From assembly GCA_965655095.1 (NCBI GenBank), contig OZ296651.1, positions 81,778,001 to 81,842,000 on the forward strand: 64,000 bases of DNA, read 5' to 3'. The position numbers and the translations under genes are program-made. The notes below the pieces were generated by a model. The model was not told the DNA's origin and did not search any database. It was given only the letters and a program-made list of their open reading frames with translations. Origin of the DNA: Haplodiscus bocki (lineage: Eukaryota). Below are positions 27,321 through 40,809 of the stretch, one piece after another; position 1 is the first letter of the stretch; the number at the start of each line of letters is the position of its first letter.

Positions 27321-30300
27321 TTTACCATTGTGTTCGATACATTAGGCGCTGGCTTTTCCAGTGCCCTCAGTAGGTGTTGTATATGATATAGTACAAGAAG
27401 GTCGATTTTATAGGATAATATATTCGTACTCCTGGCTAATGCCATAGTTGTGTCTGAAGGAAGAGAAAGTCTGCTTCTTTCACTTTTGTGTTTCACGTAT
27501 TACTGGCGGTTGTTTTTTTCTATGCCTCCAGTAAGTGTCGTATATGATATAGTAAAGAAGTTCCCATGGCTGGGAGCATCTGGTCATGCCCCTTGCTCAA
27601 GCAATGTTTTTTTTTCAAACAGTAAGTCTTTCTTGCTATTGGCATATTATGGAGTACAGCTTTTGGTTTTTCTTCAATACGTTTCGTATTTAATATAGTA
27701 CCAGCAGTTGGAAGTGTCCGTTGATCTACTAATTCACCTTGGAGAAACTTGACCTGTTTTTTTACAAAGAAACGGCTTTTTTACCTTCGTGTTCGACGTG
27801 TTATTGCGCACTGCTTTTTTCAGTGCCCTCAGTAAGTGTCATTTTTGATGCAATACAATTTGGTCGATTTGATGGGATCTTTTTTTCGTATTCCGTGCAC
27901 AAACCACCTCTGTGTGTTTGAACAGAAAGTAGGCGTCCTTGACTTTTGTTTTTGACATATCACTGGTTACTGTTTTTTCAATCCTTTCAATAAGTGTCGT
28001 ATATGATTGTATATGTTACAGTACCATAACTTGGAATAGTCCGTTCATACCCATGCACTAACCTAAAATGTTTTGCGGCAAAAAGGGCTGTTTTACCATT
28101 GTGTTCGACACGTTAATGGGCGCTGGCTTCAGTGCTCTCAGTAGGTGTCGTATATGATCTAATACAAAAAGGTCGAATGGATGGGATCATCTGTTAATAC
28201 CCATTGGGCAAACAATTATTCCTTTCAAACAGAAAGTGTGCTTCTTTGACCCCTGCCATTGACGTATATTGGATAACACCTTCTTATTGTGCCTTGAATA
28301 TGTTTCGTTTATGATATAGTACCAGCATTTGGACTTTTCCGTTCATCTGCTTAGACTTCTTTGAGAAACCTAGCCTGCTTAAGGAAGGAAAACGGTTTTT
28401 TACCATTGTGTTCGACACAATGGGCGCTGGCTTTTCCAGTGCCCTCAGTAGGTGTTGTATATGATATAGTACAAGAGGGTCGATTTGATAGGATAATATA
28501 TTCGTACTCCTGGCTCATGCCATATTTGTGTCTGAAGAGAAAGTCTGCTTCTTTGACTTTTGTGCTTCTCATATTACTGGCGGTTTTTTTTCTATGCCTC
28601 CAGTAAGCGTTGTATATGTCATAGTACAAGAAGGTCCCATGGGTGGGAGCATCTGGTCATGAGCCTTGCTCAAGCAATGTTTTTTCAAACAGTAAGTCTG
28701 TTTCTTGCTATTGGGATATTATGGAGTACAGCTTTTGGTTTTCCTTCAATACATTTCGTATTTAATATAGTACCAGCAGTTGGAAGTGTCCGTTGCTCTA
28801 CTAATTCACCTTGCAGAAACTTGACCTGTTTTTTTTTACAAAGAAACGGCTTTTTTACCTTCGTGTTCGACGTGTTATTGCGCACTGCTTTTTTCAGTGC
28901 CCTCAGTAAGTGTCATTTTTGATGCAATACAATTTGGTCGATTTGATGGGATCTTTTTTTCGTATTCCGTGCACAAACCACCTCTGTGTGTTTGAACAGA
29001 AAGTAGGCGTCCTTGACTTTTGTTTTTGACATATCACTGGTTACTGTTTTTTCAATCCTTTCAATAAGTGTCGTATATGATTGTATATGTTACAGTACCA
29101 TAACTTGGAATAGTCCGTTCATACCCATGCACTAACCTAAAATGTTTTGCGGCAAAAAGGGCTGTTTTACCATTGTGTTCGACACGTTAATGGGCGCTGG
29201 CTTCAGTGCTCTCAGTAGGTGTCGTATCTGATCTAGTACAAAAAGGTCGAATGGATGGGATCATCTGTTAATACCCATTGGGCAAACAATTATTCCTTTC
29301 AAACAGAAAGTGTGCCTCTTTTACCCCTGCCATTGACGTATATTGGATAACACCTTATTGTGCCTTGAATATGTTTCGTTTATGATATAGTACCAGCATT
29401 TGGACTTTTCCGTTCATCTGCTTAGACTTCTTTCAGAAACGTAGCCTGCTGAAGGAAGGAAAACAGCTTTTTACCCTTGTGTTCGACACGTTATTGGGCG
29501 CTGGCTTCTTCAGTGCTCTCAGTAGGTGTCGTATATGATCTGGTACAAGAAGGTCGAATGGATGGGATCATCTGTTCATACCCATTGGGCAAACAATTAT
29601 CCGTTTCAAACCGAAAATCTGCTTATTTGACCCCTGCTATTGACATGTATTGAGTAGCGGCTTTTTTTTATGCCTTCAATATGTTTCGTATATGATGTAG
29701 TATCCGCAGATGGTTTTTTCTGTTCATCTATTCAGACTCCTTCCAGGAACCTAGCCTGTTTAAGGCAGGAAAACAGTTTTTTACCATTGTGCTCGACACA
29801 ATGGGCGCTGGCTTCTTCAGTGCTCTCAGTAGGTGTCGTATCTGATCTAATACAAAAAGGTCGAATGGATGGGATCATCTGTTAATACCCATTGGGCAAA
29901 CAATTATTCCTTTCAAACAGAAAGTGTGCCTCTTTGACCCCTGCCATTGACGTATATTGGATAACACCTTCTTATTGTGCCTTGAATATGTTTCGTTTAT
30001 GATATAGTACCAGCATTTGGACTTTTCCGTTCATCTGCTTAGACTTCTTTCAGAAACGTAGCCTGCTGAAGGAAGGAAAACAGCTTTTTACCCTTGTGTT
30101 CGACACGTTATTGGGCGCTGGCTTCTTCAGTGCTCTCAGTAGGTGTCGTATATGATCTGGTACAAGAAGGTCGAATGGATGGGATCATCTGTTCATACCC
30201 ATTGGGCAAACAATTATCCGTTTCAAACCGAAACTCTGCTTATTTGACCCCTGCTATTGACATGTATTGAGTAGCGGCTTTTTTTATGCCTTCAATATGT

Positions 30301-33300
30301 TTCGTATATGATGTAGTATCCGCAGATGGTTTTTTCTGTTCATCTATTCAGACTCCTTCCAGGAACCTAGCCTGTTTAAGGCAGGAAAACGGTTTTTTAC
30401 CATTGTGTTCGACACAATGGGCGCTGGCTTTTCCAGTGCCCTCAGTAGGTGTTGTATATGATATAGTACAAGAGGGTCGATTTGATAGGATAATATATTC
30501 GTACTCCTGGCTCATGCCATATTTGTGTCTGAAGGAAGAGAAAGTCTGCTTCTTTCATTTTTGTGTTTCACGTATTACTGGCGGTTGTTTTTTTCTATGC
30601 CTCCAGTAAGTGTCGTATATGATATAGTAAAGAAGTTCCAATGGCTGGGAGCATCTGGTCATGCCCCTTGCTCAAGCAATGTTTTTTTTTCGAACAGTAA
30701 GTCTGTTTCTTGCTATTGGGATATTATGGAGTACAGCTTTTGGTTTTCCTTCAATACGTTTCGTATTTAATATAGTACCAGCAGTTGGAAGTGTCCGTTG
30801 ATCTACTAATTCACCTTGGAGAAACTTGACCTGTTTTTTTACAAAGAAACGGCTTTTTTACCTTCGTGTTCGACGTGTTATTGCGCACTGCTTTTTTCAG
30901 TGCCCTCAGTAAGTGTCATTTTTGATGCAATACAATTTGGTCGATTTGATGGGATCTTTTTTTTTCGTATTCCGTGCACAAACCACCTCTGTGTGTTTGA
31001 ACAGAAAGTAGGCGTCCTTGACTTTTGTTTTTGACATATCACTGGTTACTGTTTTTTCAATCCTTTCAATAAGTGTCGGATATGATTGTATATGTTACAG
31101 TACTATCACTTGGAATAGTCCGTTCATACCCATGCACTAACCTAAAATGTTTCACGGAAAAAACTGCTCTTTTACCATTGTGTTCGACCCGTTATTGGGC
31201 GCTGGCTTCTTCAGTGCTCTCAGTAGGTGTCGTATATGATCTGGTTTAAGAAGGTCGAATGGATGGGATCATCTGTTCATACCCATTGGGCAAACAATTA
31301 TCCATTTAAAACAGAAAATCTGCTTATTTGACCCCTGCTATTGGCATGTATTGAGTAGCGGCTTTTTATTATGCGTTCAATATGTTTCGTATATGGTGTA
31401 GTATCCGCAGATGGTTTTTTCTGTTCATCTATTCAGACTCCTTCCAGGAACCTAGCCTGTTTAAGGCAGGAAAACGGTTTTTTACCATTGTGTTCGATAC
31501 ATTAGGCGCTGGCTTTTCCAGTGCCCTCAGTAGGTGTTGTATATGATATAGTACAAGAAGGTCGATTTTATAGGATAATATATTCGTACTCCTGGCTAAT
31601 GCCATAGTTGTGTCTGAAGGAAGAGAAAGTCTGCTTCTTTGTCTTTTGTGTTTCACGTTTTACTGGCGGTTGTTTTTTTCTATTCCTCCAGTAAGTGTCG
31701 TATATGATATAGTACAAGAAGTTCCCATGGCTGGGAGCATCTGGTCATGCCCCTTGCTCAAGCAATGTTTTTTTTTCAAACAGTAAGTCTGTTTCTTGCT
31801 ATTGGGATATTATGGAGTACAGCTTTTGGTATTCCTTCAATACGTTTCGTATTTATTATAGTACCAGCAGTTGGAAGTGTCCGTTGATCTACTAATTCAC
31901 CTTGCAGAAACTTGACCTGTTTTTTTTACAAAGAAACGGCTTTTTTACCTTCGTGTTCGACGTGTTATTGCGCACTGCTTTTTTCAGTGCCCTCAGTAAG
32001 TGTCATTTTTGATGCAATACAATTTGGTCGATTTGATGGGATCTTTTTTTCGTACTCCTTGCACAAACCACCTCTGTGTGTTTGAACAGAAAGTAGGCGT
32101 CTTTGACTTTTGTTTTTGACTTATCACTGGTTACTGTTTTTTCAATGCTTTCAATAAGTGTCGTATATGATTGTATATGTTACAGTGCCATCACTTGGAA
32201 TAGTCCGTTCATACCCATGCACTAACCTAAAATGTTTTACGGAAAAAACGGCTGTTTTACCATTGTGTTCGACACGTTAATGGGCGCTGGCTTCTTCAGT
32301 GCTCTCAGTAGGTGTCGTATCTGATCTAGTACAAAAAGGTCGAATGGATGGGATCATCTGTTAATACCCATTGGGCAAACAATTATTCCTTTCAAACAGA
32401 AAGTGTGCCTCTTTGACCCCTGCCATTGACGTATATTGGATAACACCTTCTTATTGTGCCTTGAATATGTTTCGTTTATGATATAGTACCAGCATTTGGA
32501 CTTTTCCGTTCATCTGCTTAGACTTCTTTCAGAAACCTAGCCTGCTTAAGGAAGGAAAACAGCTTTTTACCCTTGTGTTCGACACGTTATTGGGCGCTGG
32601 CTTCTTCAGTGCTCTCAGTAGGTGTCGTATATGATCTGGTACAAGAAGGTCGAATGGATGGGATCATCTGTTCATACCCATTGGGCAAACAATTATCCGT
32701 TTCAAACCGAAAATCTGCTTATTTGACCCCTGCTATTGACATGTATTGAGTAGCGGCTTTTTATTATGCCTTCAATATGTTTCGTATATGATGTAGTATC
32801 CGCAGATGGTTTTTTCTGTTCATCTATTCAGACTCCTTCCAGGAACCTAGCCTGTTTAAGGCAGGAAAACGGTTTTTTACCATTGTGTTCGACACAATGG
32901 GCGCTGGCTTTTCCAGTGCCCTCAGTAGGTGTTGTATATGATATAGTACAAGAGGGTCGATTTGATAGGATAATATATTCGTACTCCTGGCTCATGCCAT
33001 ATTTGTGTCTGAAGGAAGAGAAAGTCTGCTTCTTTCACTTTTGTGTTTCACGTATTACTGGCGGTTGTTTTTTTCTATGCCTCCAGTAAGTGTCGTATAT
33101 GATATAGTAAAGAAGTTCCCATGGCTGGGAGCATCTGGTCATGCCCCTTGCTCAAGCAATGTTTTTTTTTCAAACAGTAAGTCTGTTTCTTGCTATTGGG
33201 ATATTATGGAGTACAGCTTTTGGTTTTCCTTCAATACGTTTCGTATTTAATATAGTACCAGCAGTTGGAAGTGTCCGTTGATCTACTAATTCACCTTGGA

Positions 33301-35039
33301 GAAACTTGACCTGTTTTTTTACAAAGAAACGGCTTTTTTACCTTCGTGTTCGACGTGTTATTGCGCACTGCTTTTTTCAGTGCCCTCAGTAAGTGTCATT
33401 TAGGATGCAATACAATTTGGTCGATTTGATGGGATCTTTTTTTTTCGTATTCCGTGCACAAACCACCTCTGTGTGTTTGAACAGAAAGTAGGCGTCCTTG
33501 ACTTTTGTTTTTGACATATCACTGGTTACTGTTTTTTCAATCCTTTCAATAAGTGTCGGATATGATTGTATATGTTACAGTACTATCACTTGGAATAGTC
33601 CGTTCATACCCATGCACTAACCTAAAATGTTTCACGGAAAAAACTGCTCTTTTACCATTGTGTTCGACCCGTTATTGGGCGCTGGCTTCTTCAGTGCTCT
33701 CAGTAGGTGTCGTATATGATCTGGTTTAAGAAGGTCGAATGGATGGGATCATCTGTTCATACCCATTGGGCAAACAATTATCCATTTAAAACAGAAAATC
33801 TGCCTATTTGACCCCTGCTATTGGCATGTATTGAGTAGCGGCTTTTTATTATGCGTTCAATATGTTTCGTATATGGTGTAGTATCCGCAGATGGTTTTTT
33901 CTGTTCATCTATTCAGACTCCTTCCAGGAACCTAGCCTGTTAAAGGCAGGAAAACGGTTTTTTACCATTGTGTTCGATACATTAGGCGCTGGCTTTTCCA
34001 GTGCCCTCAGTAGGTGTTGTATATGATATAGTACAAGAAGGTCGATTTGATAGGATCTTATATTCGTACTCCTGGCTCAGGCCATATTTGTGTCTGAAGA
34101 GAAATTCTGCTTCTTTGACTTTTGTGCTTCACGTATTACTGGCGGTTGTTTTTTTCTATGCCTCCAGTAAGTGTCGTGTATGATATAGTACATAAAGGTC
34201 CCATGGCTGGGAGCATCTGGTCATGCCCCTTGCTCAAGCAATGTTTTTTCAAACAGTAAGTCTGTTTCTTGCTATTGGGATATTATGGAGTACAGCTTTT
34301 AGTATTCCTCCAATACGTTTCGTTTTTGATAAAGTACCAGCAGTTGGAAGTGTCCGTTGATCTACTAATACACCTTGCAGAAACTTGGCATATTTTTTTT
34401 TTACAAAGAAACGGTTTTTCTACCTTCGTGGTCGACCTGTTATTGCGCACTGCTCTTTTCAGTGCCCTCAGTGTCATTTTTGATGCAATGGAAACTGATC
34501 GATTTGATGGGATCTTTTTTTCGTACTCCTTGCACAAACCACCTCTGTGTGTCTGAACAGAAAATAAGCGTCTTTGACTTTTGTTTTTGACATATCACTG
34601 GTTACTGTTTTTTCAATGCTTTCAATAAGTGTCGTATATGATTGTATATGTTGCAGTACCATCACTTGGAATAGTTCGTTCATAACCATGCACTAACCTA
34701 AAATGTTTTACGGAAAAACGGCTGTTTTACCGTTGTGTTCGACACGTTAATGGGCGCTGGCTTCTTCAGTGCTCTCAGTAGGTGTCGTATATGATCTAGT
34801 ACAAGAAAGTCGAATGGATGGGATCATCTGTTCATACCCATTGGGCAAACAATTATTCGTTTCAAACGGAAAGTCTGCCTATTTGACCCCTGCTATTGAC
34901 ATGTATTGAATAGCGGCTTTTTATTATGCCTTCAATATGTTTCGTATATGATGTAGTATTCGCAGATGGTTTTTTCTGTTCATCTATTCAGACTCCTTTC
35001 AGAAACCTAGCCTGTTTGGGGCAGGAAAAGAGTTTTTTA

Positions 35040-37010
35040 CCATTGTGTTCGACTTTTTATTGGGCTCTGGTTTTTCAGTGCCCTCAGTAGGTATCATTTA
35101 TGATACAATACAAGCTGGTTGATTTGAAAGGATCATATATTCTTTCCCTTTGAAGTTGCCATCTTTGTGTGTCTGAATAGAAAGACGGCTTCCTTGACTT
35201 TTGTGTTTTTTACACATCACTGGGTACTGTTTTTTCAATGGTTTCAGTAAGTGTCGGATTTATTTGTATATGGTATAGTACCATCACGTGGAAAGGTTCG
35301 TTCATATGTTCATACCTATGCACAATCCTAGATTTTTTTACGAAAAAAAAATGTTTTCGCTCTTTTGTTCGACACGTTATTGGGCACCGGTTTTTTCAGT
35401 GCCCTCAGTAGGTGCCGTATATGATTCGAATTGATGGGCTCATATGTTCATACCCCTCGCGCTAACACTTATTTAAGCAATGAGTCAGTTTTTTTTACCC
35501 TTGCTTTTGACATATTATGGGCAACAGCTTTTTTAATGTTTCCATTAGGTTTCGTATATAATATAGTGCCAGCAGATATAATTTTCCGTTGTTCTATTCA
35601 TATATCTTGCAGAAACCTAGCCTGCTTTAGTAAAAAAAAGCGACCTTCCACTATTGTGTTCGACACGTTATTGGTTGCTGGTTTTTTCAGTACCCTCATT
35701 AGGTTTCATTTATAATATAGTTCAAGAAGGTCGGTTAGACGGGATCATCTGTTCATACCCCTGGAACAAACAGTGATTTCAAACAGAGAGTCTGCTTTAT
35801 GCTATTGGCATATTATGTGGTACAGCTTTTGGTATTCCTTCATTAAATTTCGTATCCAATATAGTACCAGCAGTTGGAATTATCCGTTGATCTGTTCATA
35901 CACCATGCAGAAACAGCTCGTTTTTTACGAAGAAACGCCTTTTTGACCTTCGTTTTCGACGCATTTTTGGGTGCTGCATTCTTCAATGCCCTCATTAGGT
36001 GTCGTATGTGATATAGTACGGCATGGTCGAACGCATGAGATCGTCTTTTCATACTGCTTGCATAAACATTGGTTGTGTTGGAATGGCAAGTCGGTTTTTT
36101 TGACATTTGTGTTCGATGCAAAATTGTAAATGATAAAACAATAGAACGTCGATTTGATGGGATCATATATTCGTACCCCTTGCACAAGCCATCTTTGTGT
36201 GTCAGAAAGTCGGCTTTTTGACTTTGTGCTTGACTTTTTCCCTGGTATCGGTTTTTTTTGCCCTCAGTAAGAGTCGTATGGTGTTGTATATGTTACAGTA
36301 CCATCACGTGGAATGGTTTGTTCGACTTTTCATACCCATGCACTAACCTGAAAATTTTTACGGAAAAAAGGGGTTTTCCCACATTGAGTTCGACTTGTTT
36401 TTGGGTGCTGGTTTTTTGAGTGCCCGCAGTAGATGTCGTATTAGGTAGATTTTGTACATAAATGTCGATTGGATGGAATCATATGTTCATAACTCTTGCA
36501 CAAACATTTATTGTATTCGAAAAGTAAGCCAAGACAGCTGCGTTGGATGCATTATTGGGCGTTTTTTTGACGACCCTAATTAGGTGTGTACCACATCGTA
36601 CAAATATGTGGAATGGATGGACTCTTCTGTTCATACCTCTTGAACAAACATTGGTTGTTTTTGGATTAAAGCCAGCTTGTTCGGCCATTGTGTGCGACAC
36701 AGTATTTGGAGCTGCTCTTTTGTGCCTTCAGTAAGTGCTGTCTGTGGCATAGTACACTATGGACGAATGGATGGCTTTATCTGCTCATGCGCCCTGCAAA
36801 CTTCGACTGTTTCAGAAAACTCGTCTCATGTGACCATCGTTTTCAACCCGAGGGAGGGCGTTGGTTTTTTTGGTGTCTTCAGCTAGTGTCGTGTATGATA
36901 TAGCACAAGCAGGTTGAACGGATTTTTTCAGCTGTTCGCACCTATTGAAGAAACATTGATTGTTTTTGCTCGCTGATTTGTTTAGTGCTTTCATTAAGTA
37001 TCTTATCATT
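35040..37010. repeat. Diverged (older) monomers of the same satellite forming the right flank
   Basis: The same motifs (tgtgttcgac, cagtgccctcagtaggt, gatttgatgggatc) persist with many substitutions and no near-identical neighbours, fading out near 37010. Confidence 0.85.
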
Positions 37011-37681
37011 TAGTTCAATTATTTACTTCTCTGGCCGATTATTTGTCTCAGTTGTGATTCTGATTGCAAGTGAGGGACATCCTTGGGTTTTTCAGTGTTT
37101 TCGTAACTTTTTCAAAAATAAAACCTAAATTGACTCAAAATTGCGGGTTCCATGTTTTCACCGATTTGTTCAAGGTCATTTGCTTGTAAAACCCGAGTAT
37201 TTTCATCTTAAGTGTTTGTTGTTTCTTCAAAGTATAGCGGCTTGGCTAGCAAACGTTTGAAAACAACCTTTCTCGCAGACGTTTCGCAATTACTTCTTCC
37301 TGATCCAGAATCTGATCTTTTTTGACATTTGAATTGAAAATGAACGAAATGTGCATGTTATAAAAGAGCATGATTGAAACATCAGTATAATGAAATACCA
37401 GTATTTAACTATACTGTCAAACGCCATATGTCCAAGAGCAGATATAATAAATTTGAGCAGTGGAAAAAACATTCTGGTGATTCCTTTTGCGAACTTTATT
37501 TGATGGAAACGCAAAAGTGCTGGAAAAATATCGTTTCCGTGGAAATCTGGGCTTTAACGTTGGAAAAAGGTAGTTTGAATTTTGATATCTTGCAATATAA
37601 TTCAACTTTGCTAGAGCCTAAGCTGAAATTTAATTCCAATTTTTTCTAACTGAAATTCGGCCTAATTTGAATTGAAAGTTT

Positions 37682-38090
37682 AACAAGACGGCCGGCAAGC
37701 ACTGGCATATTTTTCGCCCAAGTACAAATATTTTGATCAACTTTTGCAAACGGTTAAAATCAAAACTACTGTTTTGATATTAGTTTTCAAAGAGTGTTTA
37801 CAAATCAATTCCACCACTGATTTCTGTACTTTATGCAAAAGGGTATCACGATTTTCCCGGAAAAATTTTCGTCTCACAGTGCCGAAAAATTTCGTCGAGG
37901 AACCCTTTTGCGTTTCAGAAAATTTCTGGTATCGAAAAAATTTATAGGAAAGAGGGGGGGGGGGGTTTAGGAGGGAGGGAGTATCACGATTTTCTGTCAA
38001 AAATTTTTTGTCGCACAGTGCCGAAAAATTTCGTAAGGGAACCCTTCTGTGCTGTGTTTCAGAAAATTTCCGGTAGCGAAAAAGTTTAAC
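37682..38090. mobile_element. Non-autonomous Helentron-like (DINE-1/HINE-type) element, copy 1; far end not located
   Basis: Starts AACAAG, then hairpin gccgg-caagca-ctggc, then tatttttcgccc. It is colinear with the copy at 38952 and has two internal tandem units starting gtatcacgatttt (~37842, ~37981). Confidence 0.65.
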
Positions 38091-38951
38091 TGCCAGTTTT
38101 GTTCAAGTTATTTGTCATAAATCTGGTATTTTTGAATTTGTAGATTATCTGAATTCTTCAAATTGGTGAGAAGTACCGTTTTACAACATTTGTTGTTACC
38201 GAAAAACTCACTAAAATCCAGAAGATTATCGTTGCAAACTTCGGTACATGTTTTGATGAAAGGAAAGCTATGAAGAAAATGCAGTTCGCTACACAAACTG
38301 TTGATTCTTGTGCTTTAAAAAATATCTTTAATTTTGATCTCTTTTGTTCCCTGGAAACTTTCTGGTTTTCTCGAAGACCGTTAAGGGGTGTTAGTAGAAC
38401 AATTGGTGAGAGTTAGAGAAAGTATCGTGAACCGTGTGAGCTCTACATTTAAAAAAATATTGCATAGCCGAACTTTTTGACAGAATTGACAAGCGATAAA
38501 GAGATGATCAATGAGTTCGTTACGGTAGTAATTTACAAAAACCTTTGCCGGTAGAATTGAAAGAAAAAGAATCTACTCAGGAATATTTTGAACGGTCATT
38601 GATGCTGAAATAACGTATCACCGACAAAAATACCGGTAAAGAAAGACAAATTAGGAGAAATTGCTTAGGTTCCACAAAATTGAACGATTGATGCATCATA
38701 GAATAACAACAAATGCAAAAAACGGAAGAATTAATCGATAAAGTATCCGGAAAAAACTCAAGAGGCAGAGAACCGCCATAGATCTCGAAAAAAGATTCGG
38801 AAAAGACGCGTATGCTGAATTGAAATTATTCGAACAAACAGAAAACACTGAGAATTTTCTATGCTGATGAGACTCCACCGGATAATGCAGATTTCAGGAA
38901 AGTTTTGTGGATATCCGTACAAAACTCCAATAAAAAATCAGTAGGATACTA

Positions 38952-39538
38952 AACAAGACGGCCGGCTAAGACCGGCCTACTTTTCGCCCAACTACAAATA
39001 TTTTGATCAACTTTTGCAGACAGTTAAAAACAAAACTACTGTTTTGAATTAGTTTTCAAAGAGTTTTTACAAACATGAATTCCACCACTGATTTCTGTAC
39101 TTTATGCAGAAGGGTATCACGATTTTCCCTTGAAAAATTTGTTGCCTCACAGTGCCGAAGAATTTCGTCGAGGAACCCTTCTGTGTTTCAGAAAATTTCT
39201 GGTATCGAAAAATATTAGGGATACGAGAGGGGGCGGGAATCACGATTTTCCGTCGAAATTGTTTTGTCTCATAGTACCGAATCATTTCGTAGGGGAACCC
39301 TTCAGTGTTTTTACTAATTTCGTGTAACGAAAAATGTTAAAGTTAAATCGTAAAAATATTTGGCAGGACAGTGACTCGAATCCTGAAGCTACTGCTTGAG
39401 AACCTTGTTGACCTAACCCTACTGCTGTCCTTTATTTTTGAATAAAAAGAGTTGGCAATTTTGGTCTGAAAAAAAAGAAAAACGACCCTACTGAATGAAT
39501 AGTTTTTCTTGCATATTAGATATGTGGCGAAAAGTAAA
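38952..39538. mobile_element. Non-autonomous Helentron-like (DINE-1/HINE-type) element, complete copy
   Basis: AACAAG terminus, hairpin GGCCGG-ctaaga-CCGGCC (38960-38977), subterminal inverted repeats TACTTTTCGCC (38978-38988) and GGCGAAAAGTA (39526-39536), internal ~126-bp tandem units, A-rich insertion context. This matches the architecture of Drosophila DINE-1. Confidence 0.75.
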
Positions 39539-40809
39539 TGGTATACTTTGTGACCTCGAAATTGTCACGTATCACACTTCTGGTTCACTGTGTTTTCGGT
39601 CGTGAGACAAACGCATAAAAGGTGATAAGATGCATTTCTGAAACTCCGCGGTCTAGAATATCTAATTTTTGATGCCAAAATCTCGAAAACCTAAATTTCG
39701 GAATTTCATGAGAAACGCTAGGTTTTAACAGTCTGACTCAGAAGAAGAACGTGTTTTGAAACCGGCATTGTGCTTAGTTTTTATCCTGTCCAAAACTCAC
39801 ATTTTCTGACGTCTTCGGAAATTTCAAAAACTGTATACTGTCAAAGACGACCCTTTGTGAGATGTGTGGCAGGTACTTTCTGTTTTCGCAATCTAGAAAG
39901 TGCTAGTTGTTATTAAAAACTTGTCTGAAAAGTGGAAAACGGCGTCTTAAATGGTCAGGTTTTATGCTTCAATTTCTGGAATGAGACAGTGTGGTACTTG
40001 TCTCTTCGATTTTCAAAACAAACTGCTGATTGATAGCTGTTGTAGTAATTTAGGTGGCAAACCGCCTTATTATCATGCGACCCGCATTTTTTCATCGTAA
40101 AGTTCACAACTTGGACACGACTATTAGTAGATGTATTTCGCTTGCATTCTCTTTCTTTGAGCTGGTTTTTGGTCTTTTTATTTTTCGCTGAATTTTTGGT
40201 AAAGAATCCTACTTGTTAGCCTGTAGAACTCCATGAGAGCTGAATTTTAGATATCAGTTTTGACGCGCTTGTTTGTGGCCAAAATGAACAAAAAGATCTG
40301 TTTTAGAATTTGGAAAGAAATCACTTTTCTCCATCCAGTGAAATTTTTCTTTCTCGAAAAGTCTGTGTTATTGGAACGTTTCGTCATCAAGGAATTGGCT
40401 TGCTTGGTTGAATCTACATGACTGTGTCTCACAGTTCAATTTCGCTGAGAAAGTCTGGAAAATGTTTTCTAATACTTGTCTGAAAGGTCACAGAAGTTTA
40501 GATTTTCTCTATGGCAGTTTTCAAAACTGATACTCACAAATATCGCGAAATTCGACTTTTGCCTTGAAATCTTTGCGGAGCTTGACTTGGCGTATGTTAC
40601 GTTCGGGCAGGCCAGCGTTATACACAGAAGCAAAACTGCATGTCGGAAACACTTACGAAGCTGTTTTCCACAAAAAAATTTCAAAGTATGACCGAACTTG
40701 GATTTGAATTGATAACAAGAGGCGCAGTCGCACTGCGACATTTTCCGTGAAGGCGGCGCAGAAATGATAGATTGAACATACAACAACATTCTAAGAGAAA
40801 AAAGTTGTC

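Larger units (their letters stand above)
350..37010. repeat. Satellite DNA array of ~154-bp monomers in higher-order repeats (main 7-mer HOR ~1077-1083 bp; 9-mer and 4-mer variants)
   Basis: Seven related monomers start at about 801, 958, 1111, 1265, 1420, 1574 and 1733, and the series repeats at ~1887, ~2964 and ~4042. Near-identical ORF fragments recur at 2063/3140/4218 (period 1077-1078) and 24743/25360/25977/26594 (period 617). The monomers share a skeleton like ttacc..tgtgttcgac..cagtgcyctcagtargtgtcgtatatgat..gatgggatc. End coordinates are approximate. Confidence 0.97.

Noticed and set aside
801-35040. CRISPR-like array (recurring palindromic motif with intervening sequence)
   Set aside because: The intervening sequences are themselves repeated and homologous, not unique spacers. 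There are no cas genes and the context is eukaryotic.
434-37009. Dozens of repeated 60-160 aa ORFs on both strands, some resembling C2H2 linkers (HNGKKPFSC)
   Set aside because: They are translations of the satellite. Monomer length is not a constant multiple of 3, poly-T lengths vary freely between copies, stops are frequent, and there is no C-x2-C...H-x3-H pattern.
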